Origin: a virus
Reading direction: 5' to 3' (one strand)
DNA: 64,000 bases
Virus record (IMG/VR): IMGVR_UViG_3300037336_000025
Location: 1 to 64,000 of that record
This document shows positions 33,365-43,143 of the stretch, piece by piece (the first letter of the stretch is position 1; every line of letters begins with the position of its first letter). The notes beneath the pieces were generated by a model. That model did not search any database, had not been told where the DNA came from, and saw only the letters and a program-made list of their open reading frames with translations. The translations under genes and the position numbers were made by a program.

Positions 33365-34396
33365 TTACGCCGTAATGAATTTAAAAAGTTCTTGTGCAAA
33401 TAGATCGTGCCCCTTTGCACTAGGATGGCAACACAATGTTACCCAATTGTTAGGTGTTCCTTTGCCATTATAATCCCAATATGGTGTATTTTCTAGCCCT
33501 TCTTGTTTTAAACACAAGTTCATAAAGGTATCACATCCTTGAGGGGTGAACATGTTGGCCCAAGGCCATTGGTCTACTATTGCGCTAAAAATATCGAGAA
33601 CTTCCTGAGAGCGGCGTATTTCATTTTTATTATGGGCATATTCAACATATCTTATAGTTTTCTGATTACTAGTTCTCTCTGATAGATCTTGAATAATTTC
33701 ATTAAATCTTTCTTGTTTGTACGATGTATCAAATCCAGGAGTAATTATTAATTTTGCATTTTTTAATTTGCACCAGTTTTCTAATTCAATAACATTTGAT
33801 ATTTGCTCTAGCATTGCTGACTTTTCGCTATATATTGCAGTACCGTATCCTTTCCATAGCGTTTTTCTAGGGCCTTTTTCTTGATCGTCGGACCAAGGCC
33901 ATGCACACTGAAACTGATGGTGTTCATTGAATTCGTCACTTACAAAATCAAATCGTTCAGGCCCGCTTGGAACATATAGCACTATTAATTCGTCAATGTT
34001 GTTCCAGTTTATTTGAGGATGAAAATATAAACTTTTAATGGACGCCCGATTGCCCTTTCCCCTAATACCAAAATTAATAGGAGTATACGTGCCCTTAAAA
34101 TATTTTTTACATAATACTTCAACAAATGCATTCTTGTATTCCATAAATTTCCAAATTATACGGCCAGTGTTATCTATTGATAGCTCTGGATGATCAGATA
34201 GCATTTTAGACTTTTCATTTTTTGATAAAATTGGTTCCATAGGAACTCCAATCTTAGCCATAGACCATTGATAGCTATCGCAAATTTCTTGATCGACTGC
34301 TCCTTGGCCTTCAACAAATGAACATCCTAAACTAATAATTGCTTTTCGTGTTCTTTTTAAATCTTTATTAATTTCAATAATTTGAGTATTATACAT
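33365..34396 (-). CDS. SGNH/GDSL-like protein (paralogue of the previous gene)
   Basis: SLGCSFVEGQG, NFGIRGKGN and CHPSAKGH. Confidence 0.6.
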   Translation of the reverse strand: MYNTQIIEINKDLKRTRKAIISLGCSFVEGQGAVDQEICDSYQWSMAKIGVPMEPILSKNEKSKMLSDHPELSIDNTGRIIWKFMEYKNAFVEVLCKKYFKGTYTPINFGIRGKGNRASIKSLYFHPQINWNNIDELIVLYVPSGPERFDFVSDEFNEHHQFQCAWPWSDDQEKGPRKTLWKGYGTAIYSEKSAMLEQISNVIELENWCKLKNAKLIITPGFDTSYKQERFNEIIQDLSERTSNQKTIRYVEYAHNKNEIRRSQEVLDIFSAIVDQWPWANMFTPQGCDTFMNLCLKQEGLENTPYWDYNGKGTPNNWVTLCCHPSAKGHDLFAQELFKFITA

Positions 34397-34398
34397 TT

Positions 34399-35724
34399 TT
34401 AATCCGCCATGTAGTTAGATAATAGTATTGCAGACCTTGGTGTTTTGGCCCTTGTATTTTCTTTTAAAACATTAAAGTTATAATCTAACACATCTTTCAT
34501 AGATGTAAACCATTGTATTTTTTTATCAGCATCCATTAAGTTAATGTCTTTTAATAATTTTATAATTGCATCTAATCGATCCCAGGATTCTAAATCATCA
34601 TACGACTCGTCAAAAAAATCGCTAAATGTTTTATACCCTAAATTTTTAAGATATTTTAAACTATGTTTATTGCCATACATAATAAAAGGATGACACGTTG
34701 CTATCGGCTTAAAACTTTTTTCACTTATGAAACAAGTATCTTCAGCAAACGACGCTTCGCTAATTACACTTATCCATGTATCTAACGTTGCCTGGTGATT
34801 TAAGTCTCGTTCAAACAGGCCGCCGAGCCCACCTTCAAATGCATCTTTAAATTTATCATTAAGGTCAGTTCTTGGGTATATTGGCAATATATTAATCAAG
34901 GACTTGTATAGTTCAACATTTAGTGTTTTTCCTTCGTAGTATGAATTAGAATGTCTAAATGAATTCATACTATTAATGCCAACGTCTAGTAAATTATTTT
35001 CGTATAATTTACTAAACAGCCAAATGCGGTGAGGCCTTGTTCTCTTTTGAAATGCATTGTATAATTTAATATTGTCTGTATTCTTGGTCTTATATTCAAT
35101 TTGTTGGAATGAAGTTGGCAATGTACTACCTTGTTTTTCGGCAGCATCTTGTATAAATTCTTCAAATTGAATATTTGGAATTACACACATTTTATCTTGT
35201 ATTGTGTTGATGTTGCACCAATTATTATATTGTTCAATGACTGCAAGATTTCCAGTTACATATATTATTTGTGTAGGATTTATATCGTAATGATTACAAC
35301 AATCATGAAACCATTCAAACAACCAACTAGTATGATATCCTTCGTGTGATTGGTCTAATAACAAGAAGCATTTCTTTTTGCGAATAGCCGATAGCTGCTT
35401 CTCTGATAAGTAAGCAAATATTGTTTTACGCTCAAGCATATATGTATCGTGTTTTTTGTTTAGATCAGTATATCCGCACCAGTCCCAAGGAGAATGTGTC
35501 ACGCCTGCTGAAATAATATATTTTGGATATAATTTTCGCTTATCCCAATAATTAGAATTTACAGAAATAGTATCAAGATCAACTAATGGCAATTTAATAG
35601 TCTTCCATCGAATTATCGAGGTTACTAACGGGCTTGCGGTAAATCTACGTATTCCCGAGGTATTAACATCTGGACATTGTGAAAAATTTGTGTGTGTGCG
35701 TAGATTTTCAAATATAAAATTCAT
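34399..35724 (-). CDS. putative glycosyltransferase-related protein (GT10-like C-terminus)
   Basis: C-terminal ISVISEA...ISEKSFKPI...HPFI...LGYKTF..FFDESYD; ATGA-coupled start 35724 (track 35736). Confidence 0.45.
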   Translation of the reverse strand: MNFIFENLRTHTNFSQCPDVNTSGIRRFTASPLVTSIIRWKTIKLPLVDLDTISVNSNYWDKRKLYPKYIISAGVTHSPWDWCGYTDLNKKHDTYMLERKTIFAYLSEKQLSAIRKKKCFLLLDQSHEGYHTSWLFEWFHDCCNHYDINPTQIIYVTGNLAVIEQYNNWCNINTIQDKMCVIPNIQFEEFIQDAAEKQGSTLPTSFQQIEYKTKNTDNIKLYNAFQKRTRPHRIWLFSKLYENNLLDVGINSMNSFRHSNSYYEGKTLNVELYKSLINILPIYPRTDLNDKFKDAFEGGLGGLFERDLNHQATLDTWISVISEASFAEDTCFISEKSFKPIATCHPFIMYGNKHSLKYLKNLGYKTFSDFFDESYDDLESWDRLDAIIKLLKDINLMDADKKIQWFTSMKDVLDYNFNVLKENTRAKTPRSAILLSNYMAD

Positions 35725-36509
35725 AATCGATTCCATTGTTCAACTGACGTTCCGTTAGTAACACTGCGCCGTTCTATTAAATCTAGAATATCTTGGTTAT
35801 TTTTTTGATGAGCGGTCGGGGCAAATAATGCCCGGTTTCGTTGATTGGTATCTGCAGGAGGGGATATTAAGTAATACATTGCTATACTGTTTCTTGATAT
35901 ATTTATCGGTGAAGTTACAGGCGTAGATAACCCATGCCAACAATGTTGGGTTGTATCAAAAAATATAGCTCTGTTAAATGTTGGTAATATTTCTTTAAGT
36001 AATGCTGTTGGAGATGTTCCGTCTGTATCCCATATTCCAAAATTCCCTCCCCAAGTATGTTGCCATTCGGGAGTAAGGTAAATGAGAAGATTAAATTTTC
36101 GTTGTAATCCTAACTTAGGATGAAGACTGTAATCAAGATGAGGATTAAGTTTGCCTCCTCGAGGATGCGAATGCATTCCACCACCGTGAATCCCAGGATC
36201 ACTGTATAAGTGATCAAGTCCGGTGTGACTTAATAGAACATTAATAAAATCTGTTGAGTTAAGATACGTTATTAGCTTATAAATGCTTGCTGGGAATCTA
36301 TCCCATATATTACAAGTACGCTTCAGTTCAATTTGATTATCATAGTTGCCGTTAAATAATCCAGAATCATACGCAAGAAAATCTGCTGCTATCTGGGTAG
36401 CAACATCTTCATTTAAAAAATTATCAATTACACAGTGTGAATATTTTTCTTTATGAAAATTATCAAATGCTGTTGATAAATTATTAATATTAATTAAACT
36501 ATTAGCCAT
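35721..36509 (-). CDS. 2OG-Fe(II) oxygenase (prolyl-hydroxylase-like)
   Basis: LNPHLDY (HxD)...LLIYL...GG...FNRAIFF...WHG...R.SIA. Confidence 0.8.
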   Translation of the reverse strand: MANSLININNLSTAFDNFHKEKYSHCVIDNFLNEDVATQIAADFLAYDSGLFNGNYDNQIELKRTCNIWDRFPASIYKLITYLNSTDFINVLLSHTGLDHLYSDPGIHGGGMHSHPRGGKLNPHLDYSLHPKLGLQRKFNLLIYLTPEWQHTWGGNFGIWDTDGTSPTALLKEILPTFNRAIFFDTTQHCWHGLSTPVTSPINISRNSIAMYYLISPPADTNQRNRALFAPTAHQKNNQDILDLIERRSVTNGTSVEQWNRL

Positions 36510-37519
36510 CTATTGTTTTTTAATGTCCAATGTATTACTTCTTCTAATCTTTTATATGCAGGCTGAGGTTCCCATCCTAACTGTTTCATCTTATTACCAT
36601 CTAGTGCATATCGCAAATCGTGGCCAGGGCGACTAGTATGGAAATCCGTCATTTCGTAGTTGAGCGGTTTTTCTTGGACATCTGCAATAAACTGTGCTAA
36701 TTTTAAATTGTCAATTTCTGTAGATCCTACAATATTAAATTTTTGGCATTTTGCGCCACCGTAGTCTGGTTCTAATTTACTAAGGTCGGTATGATATAAA
36801 AACATCAATGCATCTGCAACATCTCGAGCATGTATATAATGTCTTGATCCTGCAATTGTTTTTTCTGCGTTAGCATGTACTGTAATTTTTTCGTTATCTC
36901 GAACACGTTTGATACACATAGGAATATACTTTTCAGGATGTTGTCTTTCCCCAAATACATTCATAGTGTGAGTAATAATTGCCGGAAGACCGTAAGTATT
37001 CTCGTATGCAACTACCATTTCTTCTGCGGCAGCTTTGCTAGCACTGTAAGGATTGGTGCTGTTATATCTATCGTTTTCTTTGTAGCTAACTCCAACAGGT
37101 GCCGGTCCAAAAATTTCATCTGTTGAAAAGTACGCAAACAGATCTAAGCTATCTAAATTACGAGCGTAGTCCATTAAATTAACAGTGCCCACTATATTGT
37201 CTTGTACGAATTCCATAGGATAAGAAATGGATCGATCAACGTGACTTCCTGCGGCAAGGTGCGCTATTAAATCAACTTTTCCAATCATTGATCTAATTTG
37301 AGAATTTAGTTCTGCCTTTAGATCGTGATGAACTACCCTTACACGTTTGCGCTCGATTGCAGGGTGAGACATTACTACGTCGTTTAATCTATTTAAATTT
37401 CCACTGTAATCTAATCGATCAAGGGTTACGATTCTCCAATCAGTTTCGGTTAATATTTTATCAACTAAATGGTGAGCTATAAACCCGGCGCCGCCTGTAA
37501 TTAAAATTGTTTTGCTCAT
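36494..37519 (-). CDS. rfbB: NDP-sugar 4,6-dehydratase (dTDP-glucose 4,6-dehydratase-like SDR)
   Basis: ITGGAGFIA, HLAAGSHVDRS, STDE, PYSASKA, NVFGERQHPEK and RPGHDLRYALD; start ATG 37519 after AAGGA. Confidence 0.88.
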   Translation of the reverse strand: MSKTILITGGAGFIAHHLVDKILTETDWRIVTLDRLDYSGNLNRLNDVVMSHPAIERKRVRVVHHDLKAELNSQIRSMIGKVDLIAHLAAGSHVDRSISYPMEFVQDNIVGTVNLMDYARNLDSLDLFAYFSTDEIFGPAPVGVSYKENDRYNSTNPYSASKAAAEEMVVAYENTYGLPAIITHTMNVFGERQHPEKYIPMCIKRVRDNEKITVHANAEKTIAGSRHYIHARDVADALMFLYHTDLSKLEPDYGGAKCQKFNIVGSTEIDNLKLAQFIADVQEKPLNYEMTDFHTSRPGHDLRYALDGNKMKQLGWEPQPAYKRLEEVIHWTLKNNRWLIV

Positions 37520-37526
37520 AGTGTCC

Positions 37527-38894
37527 TTATTCTGTTTGTCTACACTCAAGATAGAAGTTTTCCAATTCTGGAAATGTTTCTAAGAAATTAGTACCGCGTC
37601 TGCGGTCGTATTCTGTAAACCAATTAAAGAAGTCGCGTTTGCCTTCTTTTAGTTTTTCTGGGGTATAGATAGCTGATTCCATGTATTTTACTACTCTTAG
37701 GAATTTTTCATACTCTAAGTCGTTGAATTTGCTACGGTTTTTATCGTCTAGATTGGCTAGAATGAAGTCTAGATGTCTTTGCATGTAAGGCATAAACTCA
37801 TCTTTAGGCAATAAATTCATGTCGTACTGTAATGGCTCTTTTAAGAACGGAGTGTCAAAGCGTATACGCTGCCATTTGTTCTGATCAAAACCATTATACT
37901 TAACACGCCATTCTAAGATCTTTTCTAATAAACTTTGGAAGTTTGTTACTGTTAGAATATTAAAGGTACACATAAATGTAACCGGTAACGTGGTTTTAGT
38001 TAGATATGTATCTAAGTTCTTTTCCCAAACAGTTAAATCTAGCCCTGTGCGTATGTATTCCGCTTGCGGTCCCCATGTATCCATGCTAGTAAAAATCTTA
38101 AAGTCTTTAATTGCACCTTTAGCTAAGAGAGCATTTACCTTTTCTACTAATCGATCGATAAGTATTGGCTTAACTCCGAAGTTGCTATTAATATTAAGCT
38201 CGAGATTAGGTTTAGGATTATTATCAAGCTCATCTAAGAGTCTCCAAGTTGATTTTTGTAATAGCGGTTCGCCGCCAGTAATTCGTAATATTGTTAAGGT
38301 CTTACTAACCTCGGGCCACCACTTCCACCATGCTTCTACGTAAGGATTAGTATCTTCTTCATAGACAGTGAACCAGTTAATATCATTGCGGTGATTTTTA
38401 ACCATATCATACGGTCCAAAATCTTTGATCTCTTTGTGGTATGCACTACTATGCTTAGGATGGCAATATCCGCATTTGAAATTGCATTCATTACCAAAAC
38501 TTACCTCAATGTATTGTGGATTTACAGGAGCTAGAGGATTAGCTTTTATAGCTCCGAGTCTTTCCTCAGTATAGATACTTGCGTTACGCTCCTTGCGATC
38601 GCTAATATAATCCTCCCCCATTGCTTCAATGTTCCAGCAATAATTGCAACCACTAGGCTTTTTGCCTGCAATCATTTCAGCACGTTCACTAATTTTTTCT
38701 TTAGTATTATGTAATGCGCTTGGGTCTAGTGCAATTTCAGCCAAGGGAATTTTGTGAGGCGCAGGATGGTAGCAACTGTGTGTTTCTCCCGTTTGCAAAT
38801 AGATAGTAGTGTGATGCCATTTGGCCAAACAGAAAGTTGGACTAACTTCTTTCATTATGGGAATGAATTTTTGTATGCGTTGTTTATCGTCCAT
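37527..38894 (-). CDS. radical SAM protein with an additional Cys-rich (SPASM/twitch-like) region
   Basis: FCLAKW...SCYH...CNYCW, then NECNFKCGYC (CxxxCxxC), ITGGEPLL, INSN and TSMD. Confidence 0.85.
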   Translation of the reverse strand: MDDKQRIQKFIPIMKEVSPTFCLAKWHHTTIYLQTGETHSCYHPAPHKIPLAEIALDPSALHNTKEKISERAEMIAGKKPSGCNYCWNIEAMGEDYISDRKERNASIYTEERLGAIKANPLAPVNPQYIEVSFGNECNFKCGYCHPKHSSAYHKEIKDFGPYDMVKNHRNDINWFTVYEEDTNPYVEAWWKWWPEVSKTLTILRITGGEPLLQKSTWRLLDELDNNPKPNLELNINSNFGVKPILIDRLVEKVNALLAKGAIKDFKIFTSMDTWGPQAEYIRTGLDLTVWEKNLDTYLTKTTLPVTFMCTFNILTVTNFQSLLEKILEWRVKYNGFDQNKWQRIRFDTPFLKEPLQYDMNLLPKDEFMPYMQRHLDFILANLDDKNRSKFNDLEYEKFLRVVKYMESAIYTPEKLKEGKRDFFNWFTEYDRRRGTNFLETFPELENFYLECRQTE

Positions 38895-39552
38895 AGAACT
38901 GTTCCTCTAACCATTTAAAATTGTTAATCTTTTTTAATGCTTCTACATCTAATTTATTTTCTTCACCGTACTTGCGGCCAGCAATTGCTCCTGCAAGTAC
39001 ATCGATGTCTGTGCCAACTGTACACCAGGTGTCTAATCGTTGTTGAGTTTCAGTATCGTCTTGTCTATCAATAACGCGACTAGATAATTTACAACATTCT
39101 CTAAATGCACTTTTCCAACTGTTAAAAGGATCAGTGTTAAATGCAGTAATGTTACTGATCTCTTCCATGGCCTTAAACAGCGGACTAATGCTTGTTGTCA
39201 TGTCAGGTCTAGCTAAGTCCATAGTCATAGTCAACTTCTTAGGAAGTAGTTTAACTCCGCCGTATCCGTATTCTAGTCCATTAACTGGATTTTGGCTGCG
39301 CCAAACATGTACACATTCTAGATCGTATTTGCTTACTACATAATTAAAGTTGAATGTGTCTACAATTACAGCATCGCCGTCAACTACCCAAAACATCTTA
39401 GTAAAGGCTTTCCTAGCTGCTGCAATGTGTGCCTGGTGTATTCCTGTAACTCCGCTAACTCGTTGAGCGTAGGGAAATCTTGCCTTTAGTTTATTAAAGT
39501 TTTCGTCCGCGTTAGGCTCACTGTAACTAATGAAGATTATATCGTATTTCAT
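38884..39552 (-). CDS. GT-A-like glycosyltransferase
   Basis: YDIIFISYSEPNA...FWVVDGDA (DxD)...YGYGGVKL; paralogous to the next gene. Confidence 0.55.
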   Translation of the reverse strand: MKYDIIFISYSEPNADENFNKLKARFPYAQRVSGVTGIHQAHIAAARKAFTKMFWVVDGDAVIVDTFNFNYVVSKYDLECVHVWRSQNPVNGLEYGYGGVKLLPKKLTMTMDLARPDMTTSISPLFKAMEEISNITAFNTDPFNSWKSAFRECCKLSSRVIDRQDDTETQQRLDTWCTVGTDIDVLAGAIAGRKYGEENKLDVEALKKINNFKWLEEQFYGR

Positions 39553-40430
39553 TGTCGGTAATAAGTTAAGCCTAAATTAATTGTTTCATCATAAAGCGCT
39601 AATGTGTACTTACTCTGTTCTGCATTTAACCAAGGCCACTTAAGACCTAGCTCTTGTTTAATCTTTTCACCTAGCACTTGTGCATCGGCTTCGACGTCGA
39701 TGTGGTTAACTTTTTCTTCGTAGATATCTTTTAATAGCTCGAAGTCTCTAACATCTACATAGTTCCAATCTGTACAGTTAGTCATGTATGTTCCCATACG
39801 TGTGCCAAGGATTGCATAGGCACCGTGTTCTTCGTGCATACCTACAGTCGACCACATACGCAGTCTATGAATATTATGCCACCAAATACGTTCTTGTATT
39901 TCTTGTGCTGGCACTTTTTCGCCGTCAAGCAGAGTCATTTTAACACCTTCACGAAACCCTGCTCTCCACGCTTGAAAAGGCGATCCTGTAATAATGCTGT
40001 CACTATAGATCTTTGGAAAGTTCTTGTATCCATCTTCCCAACAAAAATCAACTTGGGCACGATCGCTTTCTGCTGCTTCGTGTGTGCGCATGTTTAACAC
40101 AAACTCTTTTTTCCAAATCTTTAGGCCGCCGTTACCATAACGTAAACCGTTGATAGAATTTCTAGCACACCATCCGTAGACTTGTATCTTAGGATCGCTC
40201 ATGTCTAGTTCTAGATCAAAGAATTTAGGATCTACCATATTGTCTGCATCAACTGTAATGAACCAATCAGTATCGCTTAACTCAGCTGCTGCTTTATGAG
40301 CAGCGTCACTGCCTTTAACTCCATGTACACGTTTAGCCCATGGTGCTTTATTGCATAAATCTGCGTAATGCAAATCTGCATTAGGCTCATCATAACTTAG
40401 AAAAATAATATCAAATTCAACTATTCTCAT
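39549..40430 (-). CDS. GT-A-like glycosyltransferase
   Basis: FDIIFLSYDEPNA...WFITVDADN (DxD)...YGNGGLKI...AWRAGFRE. Confidence 0.55.
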   Translation of the reverse strand: MRIVEFDIIFLSYDEPNADLHYADLCNKAPWAKRVHGVKGSDAAHKAAAELSDTDWFITVDADNMVDPKFFDLELDMSDPKIQVYGWCARNSINGLRYGNGGLKIWKKEFVLNMRTHEAAESDRAQVDFCWEDGYKNFPKIYSDSIITGSPFQAWRAGFREGVKMTLLDGEKVPAQEIQERIWWHNIHRLRMWSTVGMHEEHGAYAILGTRMGTYMTNCTDWNYVDVRDFELLKDIYEEKVNHIDVEADAQVLGEKIKQELGLKWPWLNAEQSKYTLALYDETINLGLTYYRQ

Positions 40431-41041
40431 AATTTTTCAATCACGTAATTTTTAAAAACACGCCTAGTATATATACTAAACTTTACTGGTAAATTTGTTA
40501 CATCAACTGTATGAGATTTTGCTATAATATCAGCAAGTGTTACAACAACAGACTGATAAAGTATATTAGGATCATTGTATTCTGTTATAAAAAAATGAAG
40601 CTGCATGTCCCTATCCCATCTAACTTCTCTTTTCTTTACCGGTTGGAACTTCTTATCTAAAATATAAGTTCCATATAATTCTTCCGTTAGTTGAAAAACT
40701 ATAGTGTTATTATCGTATGTAATGTGAAGGTCTGGTTTTTCTATATTGCTCCATCGACTATCAACTATTCTATGCAGCACATCGTCCATTTTAAGCTCTG
40801 TCCTGCGTCCAGTTAGCTCTAGAGTATTTGATGTAGGGTCAACAAAACACGCATGTATTTTTGTTCTGCCTTCTATTATAGAAAGTGCAGTTTCGTCATC
40901 GAGATCTAAGGTAAACTTTTCTTCAGGAAACGCATAAGACGGTCCGACACTGGTTACTTCCCCAGTATCAGGATCAAATACTGCAACGTACTTAATTTCA
41001 GGCATTTCTATATTTGCCATCAATGTTTCTAAGTCACTCAT
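40427..41041 (-). CDS. hypothetical protein (~204 aa)
   Basis: ATGA-coupled inside the glycan cluster. Confidence 0.7.
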   Translation of the reverse strand: MSDLETLMANIEMPEIKYVAVFDPDTGEVTSVGPSYAFPEEKFTLDLDDETALSIIEGRTKIHACFVDPTSNTLELTGRRTELKMDDVLHRIVDSRWSNIEKPDLHITYDNNTIVFQLTEELYGTYILDKKFQPVKKREVRWDRDMQLHFFITEYNDPNILYQSVVVTLADIIAKSHTVDVTNLPVKFSIYTRRVFKNYVIEKL

Positions 41042-41877
41042 TTCTTCCATGCTAGTTCCTCTAAGATGTTTATCATTTCGGTTGTAATTAAATCTTTTTC
41101 AACATAGTGTACAATATCATTCTGCTGATAATTTCCTATTTTTAATTTTCCCTGTTTATTAAAATAAAATCCAACATGATCAGAACACCTGTCGGCAGGC
41201 CATGGCCAATTCTGTACTAGCGGTTTTAGATGCACTACCCTAGGAAATTCTAAATCATAGGCAATTATATCTTCTATTCCTAAAATCTTTGCACTAAGGG
41301 CAAACGCTTCATCTGTCCCTACTACTTTTGGTTTAAGTGCAGTAAGAAACAAGTTAGAAAACTCCTTGGGATTTTTAATAATATAACGTCCAAGAGTAAA
41401 GAACTCATTAACTAGTGTACTATCTTTCTTAAAGAATGTAAAGAATGAATATAAATTTGGCAGATTATTTTTGGTAAAAGTTTTACGATAGTCGTCGCTA
41501 GTTACTATCTCACCTCGATATGTGTAGCTTTTATTTGGAATATATAACTTATTATTTTCAATGAAATAATCAATCCAGTAACTATAATCTTTTAGAAACA
41601 ACATATCAACATCTAAACAGACAGTGTACTCAAACGGGGTTAGCTTATCCATCCAACTACGACCGTTCCAAAAAGTTTCTTGATCCCACGGAATAATGTG
41701 ATCAAATACCCATTTAGATTCAAATCTATCTAAGTCGGCAGGATTGTCAATTACTATTGCAACCTTATCGTACCCTTCTTTTTGTGTATTCTTAATACTT
41801 AATGCTAATGCATACGCTAGTTTAGCATAGTCAACTGTTTCGTGCTTGGCTACAAATATTAGATATCCAAAGTTCAT
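41038..41877 (-). CDS. GT-A glycosyltransferase (GT8-like)
   Basis: LTPFEYTVCLDVDMLF (DxD), TDEAFA, VHLKP and HYVEK. Confidence 0.6.
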   Translation of the reverse strand: MNFGYLIFVAKHETVDYAKLAYALALSIKNTQKEGYDKVAIVIDNPADLDRFESKWVFDHIIPWDQETFWNGRSWMDKLTPFEYTVCLDVDMLFLKDYSYWIDYFIENNKLYIPNKSYTYRGEIVTSDDYRKTFTKNNLPNLYSFFTFFKKDSTLVNEFFTLGRYIIKNPKEFSNLFLTALKPKVVGTDEAFALSAKILGIEDIIAYDLEFPRVVHLKPLVQNWPWPADRCSDHVGFYFNKQGKLKIGNYQQNDIVHYVEKDLITTEMINILEELAWKK

Positions 41878-42737
41878 ATTAACCTCAATAGAGATTTTGC
41901 ATTTCTCACAATGCTTTCTTTGTTCATAACATGCACATCGATATCTTTAATTGCTGCTGCGCAAAATTTATCGTTTAAATTTGCATTGATTAGAAAAATT
42001 AATTTTCCAGAGTCGTCTACGCTGTGTAATATGTCTTTGTCAATAGCAGTTAATAACTTTGGCAGGCTAATGCGTTTATCAGTTTTAAACCCAAAAAGTA
42101 TGTGATTAGCAACACTAAATGCAATATCATTTCGATATTGTTTTGTATCAAATCTAAACAGATCTCCGTAGTATTGATAGTTTTCTCTAACGAAATTTAC
42201 TAGGTCAAAAAATCTTTTTCCGTTTTTATTTTTAGTAAACATCACAGTGGTAGCCCAAAACATGTGTACTCCAGTATCAGAAATATACTTGTCATGATAA
42301 CCCATGCGTGATTGGCTGTAAAAATCTAACATTGATTCTGCTATTAGGACATCTTCATCTACTTCCCAATATTCATTTAATCTATCTGAAAATATTAAAA
42401 AATCACTATCAAGCAGTAATGTCCTATCATACGGTGTTAGGTCGTAGGCGCTGGCACGATTAGAATTTACAAAAGGCACGATTTTCTTACTTGTACCATC
42501 ATGTAGATTGCGATAGTTATTAGTAACAGGTTTTTCTACTTGGATAATTTGATCAAATACTTCTACAGCTCTACTATAAATGTTAGAAGTTTTCATCCAC
42601 TCAATAGTAGATTCATCACTAACTAGAGATACTGGGACTTGTAAATTCTTTTTAACTAGCCCTGCAGATATTACAGACAGTAAAGCGTAATCAACCTCTC
42701 TGTTATTATGTGCAAATATTAGTGCGCCGCATTTCAT
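41874..42737 (-). CDS. GT-A glycosyltransferase (GT8-like), paralogue of the previous gene
   Basis: LTPYDRTLLLDSDFLIF (DxD), RNDIAFS and HVMNK. Confidence 0.6.
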   Translation of the reverse strand: MKCGALIFAHNNREVDYALLSVISAGLVKKNLQVPVSLVSDESTIEWMKTSNIYSRAVEVFDQIIQVEKPVTNNYRNLHDGTSKKIVPFVNSNRASAYDLTPYDRTLLLDSDFLIFSDRLNEYWEVDEDVLIAESMLDFYSQSRMGYHDKYISDTGVHMFWATTVMFTKNKNGKRFFDLVNFVRENYQYYGDLFRFDTKQYRNDIAFSVANHILFGFKTDKRISLPKLLTAIDKDILHSVDDSGKLIFLINANLNDKFCAAAIKDIDVHVMNKESIVRNAKSLLRLI

Positions 42738-43084
42738 AGATCTAACAATTTTTCTACTGATCTACTTTTTTTTAACTCTTGGTATTGATCGTAGTACTCA
42801 AAAGTAGTAGTATAGTATCTGTCTAAGATTTTATCGCGGAAATCTTCGAGATTAGTAATAAGAATAGGATTATCGTTTGAATCAATTAACGGCACGCCTC
42901 CAGTGCGCCCTCTATCTACTAACATTTGCACATAGGCAATTAGAGATTTATCAATTTTAAAGATGCCTCCGCTAACGCCGTAAGTTAGTTTGGCTTCAAT
43001 TTTTTCTTTAAGTGTTTGTCGTTGGATTGAAAATGTCTGGCGATAATTGGCAAAGTCCAGAGCTTGTTTGAGTTGATCGTCCAT
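42734..43084 (-). CDS. hypothetical protein (116 aa)
   Basis: AGGAGA SD and late promoter; first gene of the glycan cluster. Confidence 0.75.
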   Translation of the reverse strand: MDDQLKQALDFANYRQTFSIQRQTLKEKIEAKLTYGVSGGIFKIDKSLIAYVQMLVDRGRTGGVPLIDSNDNPILITNLEDFRDKILDRYYTTTFEYYDQYQELKKSRSVEKLLDL

Positions 43085-43110
43085 TGTTTCTCCTAATTAA
43101 CATAGCAGTT

Positions 43111-43117
43111 TATTTAT
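43111..43117 (-). promoter_or_regulatory. late promoter ATAAATA driving the glycan cluster
   Basis: + strand TATTTAT in the 43085-43143 intergenic gap. Confidence 0.6.
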
Positions 43118-43143
43118 TTGCGATGCTGCTAGAGAGAAATATT

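Noticed and set aside
43103-43131. Inverted repeat TAGCAG/CTGCTA around the late promoter of the glycan cluster
   Set aside because: 6-bp stem with a 17-nt loop that does not cover the SD; could be chance in AT-rich DNA.
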